Part shown: piece by piece, positions 60,343 to 64,000 of the stretch
Position numbering within the stretch: the stretch's first letter is position 1
How the letters are laid out: the number at the start of each line of letters is the position of its first letter
Assembly (NCBI RefSeq): GCF_009914755.1
Contig: NC_060940.1
From: the human T2T-CHM13v2.0 reference genome, Homo sapiens
Length of the DNA stretch: 64,000 bases
Direction: 5' to 3' (one strand)
The notes under the pieces: model-generated
Told to the model about the DNA's origin: nothing
What the model saw: the letters and a program-made list of their open reading frames with translations, nothing else
The model's database searches: none
Position numbers and translations under genes: made by a program

Positions 60343-61727
60343 CTGAGGCTTTTGATAATAAAATGATGAACTTCATGCATATAACAATATGTAGTTGGGG
60401 AGTTTTTTAAAGTGAGGAATCAGGCCTAATATTAAAGCAACTGCCTTGTCATTCAGATTGAAAACTTAATAACCTCTAGGGGATGGAGAATAAATGGATT
60501 TTCATAAAAGTATAGTTGTTTTAAAAGAGGGTATACAAATAACTTATATTAGTTAATTATATAATTTTGGTGCTTTAAGGAAAAATCTTGAATGCTATTA
60601 AATAAATATTAATATAGCTCACTAGTCTTTCTAATTTTTGCATACCTATTATGTTGTTCTTAGTTCAGCACAATGCTGAAATGGTGAATAAAGTTGCTTT
60701 GAGTATCATGTTGTGGCCTCTCTTTACATACAAAGGGGAAAGAGGATGTAAGGTATTTGTGGGGAGATGCATGATCAACAAAGGTAAGGATTAGAATCCC
60801 TGTGCCTTAAAGACCAGATGAACCAGATTAGGGAGAGCTTGGATGACCAAGGTGAGACTTTAATAGTTGGAAAACAGAAAGAACTTTATTTTTGCTTATT
60901 TAGTTTTTTAGAAGGAATCTTTAGAAGTTAAGCAGAAGGAAGACCATGGCAACAGGATCATTAACTGAAATAGCTTAAGGCAGAGGATAAATAGAAATAG
61001 TAGACCAGAAGATGTAAGGTTAATGAAGAATTGGTCTATAAGCACTCAGACTGTTTTGTCCAGTGAGAAACAATGAGAGGGACAGAAAGAGAGAGAGAGG
61101 CAGGACAGTTCAATTACAGAATCCGCAGAATTTATTTATCTTTTGGACAAAGGGGAATGAAGAAAGATAAGTCAAACGTTTATCTAGGATTTTAAAAGTA
61201 GGTGATGGGTGGGGAGAAACACAAACGAGAAAGAACAATTATGAATGTGTGGTAGGGTAAAAAACTAAATAATCAATGTGAATTTCCAAAGAGAAATATT
61301 CAGTGCGAGATTAATCATGCAGAAATGGAATAAAATAAGAAGATGGAATTCAGATTTTCCCGATAGAAATGCACCGAGGGACGTCGATCAATTTTATGTT
61401 CTGATTTGCTTTAGCTGTTGTGTTTGAATTCCTCTCTGGCTCACTTTCTCTGAAACTGACTAGTAGTGCGAGAGATGGACATACAAGACTAAGCACAAAA
61501 AACAGACAGTATGTGGTTTTACTGAAGTGTTCTATTAGCCTATGGATAAGATAAAATTCTATCAAGTAGAGCCTGAAATTTTTTTAAAAAAGTCTGTGAG
61601 CGATGTGAAGAATAACGTTTGTAATGGTAAAACTCATTAGTAGTAGTGTCTGAAAAGGAACTGAGGAACTACTGCATTCAAATGATCTGATCATGGAGAT
61701 GCAATTTCAATGTCAGTGGCAACCTGG

Positions 61728-62356
61728 TGTTGGGGCAAAGAAAATAATACCCCAAAATGTGCACTGAGACATACTGAACTAAGGAAGCAGCCTGAAGTTC
61801 TCACTGACTACTACCCCCACCCCCACTCCTGTCTCTCAACCCTCTGTCTCTCCTAAAACACAGGATGAGGTCATTCTCTGAGAGTTCCTTATCTACCTAG
61901 AAACTGGACCTTCCAAAGAGGAACACGTTTGCTTTTGGTCCCTTTCCTAAAATTCCATCAACCAGAGAAGATTGAAACTCATATCACAGAGGAAGATCCT
62001 GAAAATTAAGCACCACACCTAGAGCCCAGACATGTTTGTTCTCTGATCCCATTCAATTTACAAAGAGAATAATTGACAAGCTAATTTCTGTTTCTTGGAT
62101 CCATTCATTGCTCCTATAATCATTGACTACCCCTCTAAATTGTCTACGGTTCTCCACTTCCTTCTTTCCAATGAAGAGGCTATTTAAGTTTCAACCATCT
62201 GACCATTCTTTGAGTTTCCATATTTTTTTGTATGAAGTGCTTACGTTAATAAATTTGCTATGCTTTCCTTTTGTCCACCTGTCTTTTGTTATGGATGTGT
62301 TGGCTGTGACCCTTTATGATGGGCAGGAACAGGGCCACCCCATTTCCACCTCTAAA
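61728..62356 (+). mobile_element. MER39-like ERV1 solo LTR
   Basis: TGTTGGGGC...ATACCCCAAAAT start, internal TATTTAA and AATAAA, 4-bp TSD CTGG (61724-61727, 62357-62360). Confidence 0.8.
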
Positions 62357-62483
62357 CTGGGATGGTGGAAAGATCATGGGTTGCATTGGAATCCCAGTAA
62401 TTCATTTGCCAGGGGTGGTATTGGGCAAGATGCTCAATCCCTCTGTATCTTATTTTCCTTATCTATAAAAATAAATGATATTC

Positions 62484-62710
62484 TTTTTGTGGTAAGAAGA
62501 CTTAAAATCTACTGTCTTCACAATTTTCAAATATATAATATCTCAATAACTGGAGTCATTGATGATGTATGGTAGACCTCTTGAAGTTATTCCTCCTAAC
62601 TGAAATTTTGTCCAATCTACAATGTATATCTATATCAAAACATCATGTTGTGCCCCATAAATAGATATATTTAAAATTTTTCAATGCAACAAATTTGAGA
62701 TTAAAATAAA
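62484..62710 (+). mobile_element. Short L1MA 3' end with inverted 5' segment (62484-62611 minus, 62612-62710 plus), inserted in a MIR
   Basis: Reverse TTTTTGTGGTAAGAA...AACTGAAATTTTG joined to forward ACAATGTATATCTATATCAAAACATCATGTTG. Confidence 0.75.
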
Positions 62711-62842
62711 CTTAAACATTTCTGTTGATAGCCATATTGTGAGGATCCAGTATTCCTGCTGTATGGAAAAACAAAATTACAATGTCTATCACAGTGCCTG
62801 TAATTTACAGATACTCAATACAAGTTAATTTCATTATTATTA

Positions 62843-63123
62843 TTTTTTTTTTGAGACAGGGTGTTGCTCTATTGCCCAGTCTGGAGTGCAGTGACATGCT
62901 CATAGCTCACTGCAGCCTCAAACTCCTGGGCTTCAGTGATTTTCCTGCCTCAGCCTCTGGAGAACAGGCATGCACCACCACACCTGGCTAACTTTTTTTT
63001 TTTTTTTGTAGAGACAGGATCTTGCTATGTTACCCAGGCTGGTCTCAAATGCCTGGCATTAAATGATCCTGCTTCAGTCCTGCAAAGTGCTGGGATTACA
63101 GATGTGAACCACTATGCCTGGCC
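62843..63123 (-). mobile_element. AluJ-type SINE
   Basis: Reverse Alu with degenerate TSD TTAATTTCATTATTA / TTAATTTTATCATTA. Confidence 0.9.
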
Positions 63124-64000
63124 TTAATTTTATCATTATATCCTATGCACCGCTTATACACACACATAAGGAAAAAAATCTTTGATAGGTAATGTCCAGT
63201 TAAGAAAAATGATTATATTTATATTGCTTTGTGAACAAAGGCTCAGGTCAATGTATATGTAGTTAAACTACACCCTTAAGCTCATATTGTTATATGTGTG
63301 AATTCTATGGTATTGACGACATTTCTCAGATTTTAGATTACATGAGGATAAAACACAAAATTGCACCTGTATCCTCTGAATCTATAAAAACAAAAACAAA
63401 AGAAAACAAAAGAAATGTAATGTAAAATAAGAGTTTTATTCAGAAGTTGAGCTGCGGTGTTTAAATTTCAGCCTCAAAAATTCATTGAGCCGTAAAGTAT
63501 TTATATGTGAATTTTTCTGTATATAGAGTATGATTTGTACAAAATTTAACATTTTTTAATGAAAAATTTAGCAAATTTTTTTCATTTTAATTGAAATGAA
63601 AATTTCAATTGAAATTTTGTAATTAACATATTTAGCAAAAGTAATAATAGCTGCCATATGTTAAATATTTACTATGTGTCAATGATTGTAAACATATTAT
63701 CATGCCTCATCCTGTGAAAACAAAACATTTCACCTAGTAGTTGATGAAGTAGTCTAGAGTTCAAGCACACAGTGGCAACATCTATATATTTAACACTTTC
63801 ATACAGTAGCTTCACTGCACCCACACTTAAACAAGTCTAGAAAGCATGTGTGTATTTAAAATTGTTGTGTGATATAATAGACACTCATGAGGGCAGACAT
63901 GTTAGCCCTATCCCAAGCCCAGAAGAGAACTGGAACCAACATATTGCGGGATGAACAAAAATTGCTGAAAATTGGCTTTGAGTGGATATTTGAGTTAGAA

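Overview
AT-rich, CpG-depleted primate genomic DNA (human or a close ape, judged from AluJ/S/Y-type and L1PA elements), intergenic or deep-intronic. I found no credible protein-coding exon, RNA gene, CpG island or CRISPR-like array. Most ORFs in the supplied track are Alu, L1, LTR or microsatellite read-throughs, and I recognise none of the rest. The window holds about 19 Alus, about 12 L1 pieces, solo LTRs (THE1, MLT1, MER39- and MER74-like), DNA transposon fossils (MER2, MER33, MER20), MIR/L2 remnants and microsatellites. I cannot support a novel biological system. The most notable signals are mutational scars. (1) A perfect 41-bp inverted repeat with a 12-bp fold-back brackets a tail-less internal L1 fragment (11591-12426). 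(2) A 5'-inverted Alu has twin-priming geometry (413-680). (3) A 78-bp dispersed duplication preserves both the empty and the Alu-filled site (7705-7782 and 9628-10025). (4) There are hairpin-templated edits inside two Alus and two 5'-inverted L1s. Two non-repeat segments are weak enhancer candidates. Subfamily names come from recalled consensus features, and ends of old repeats are approximate.
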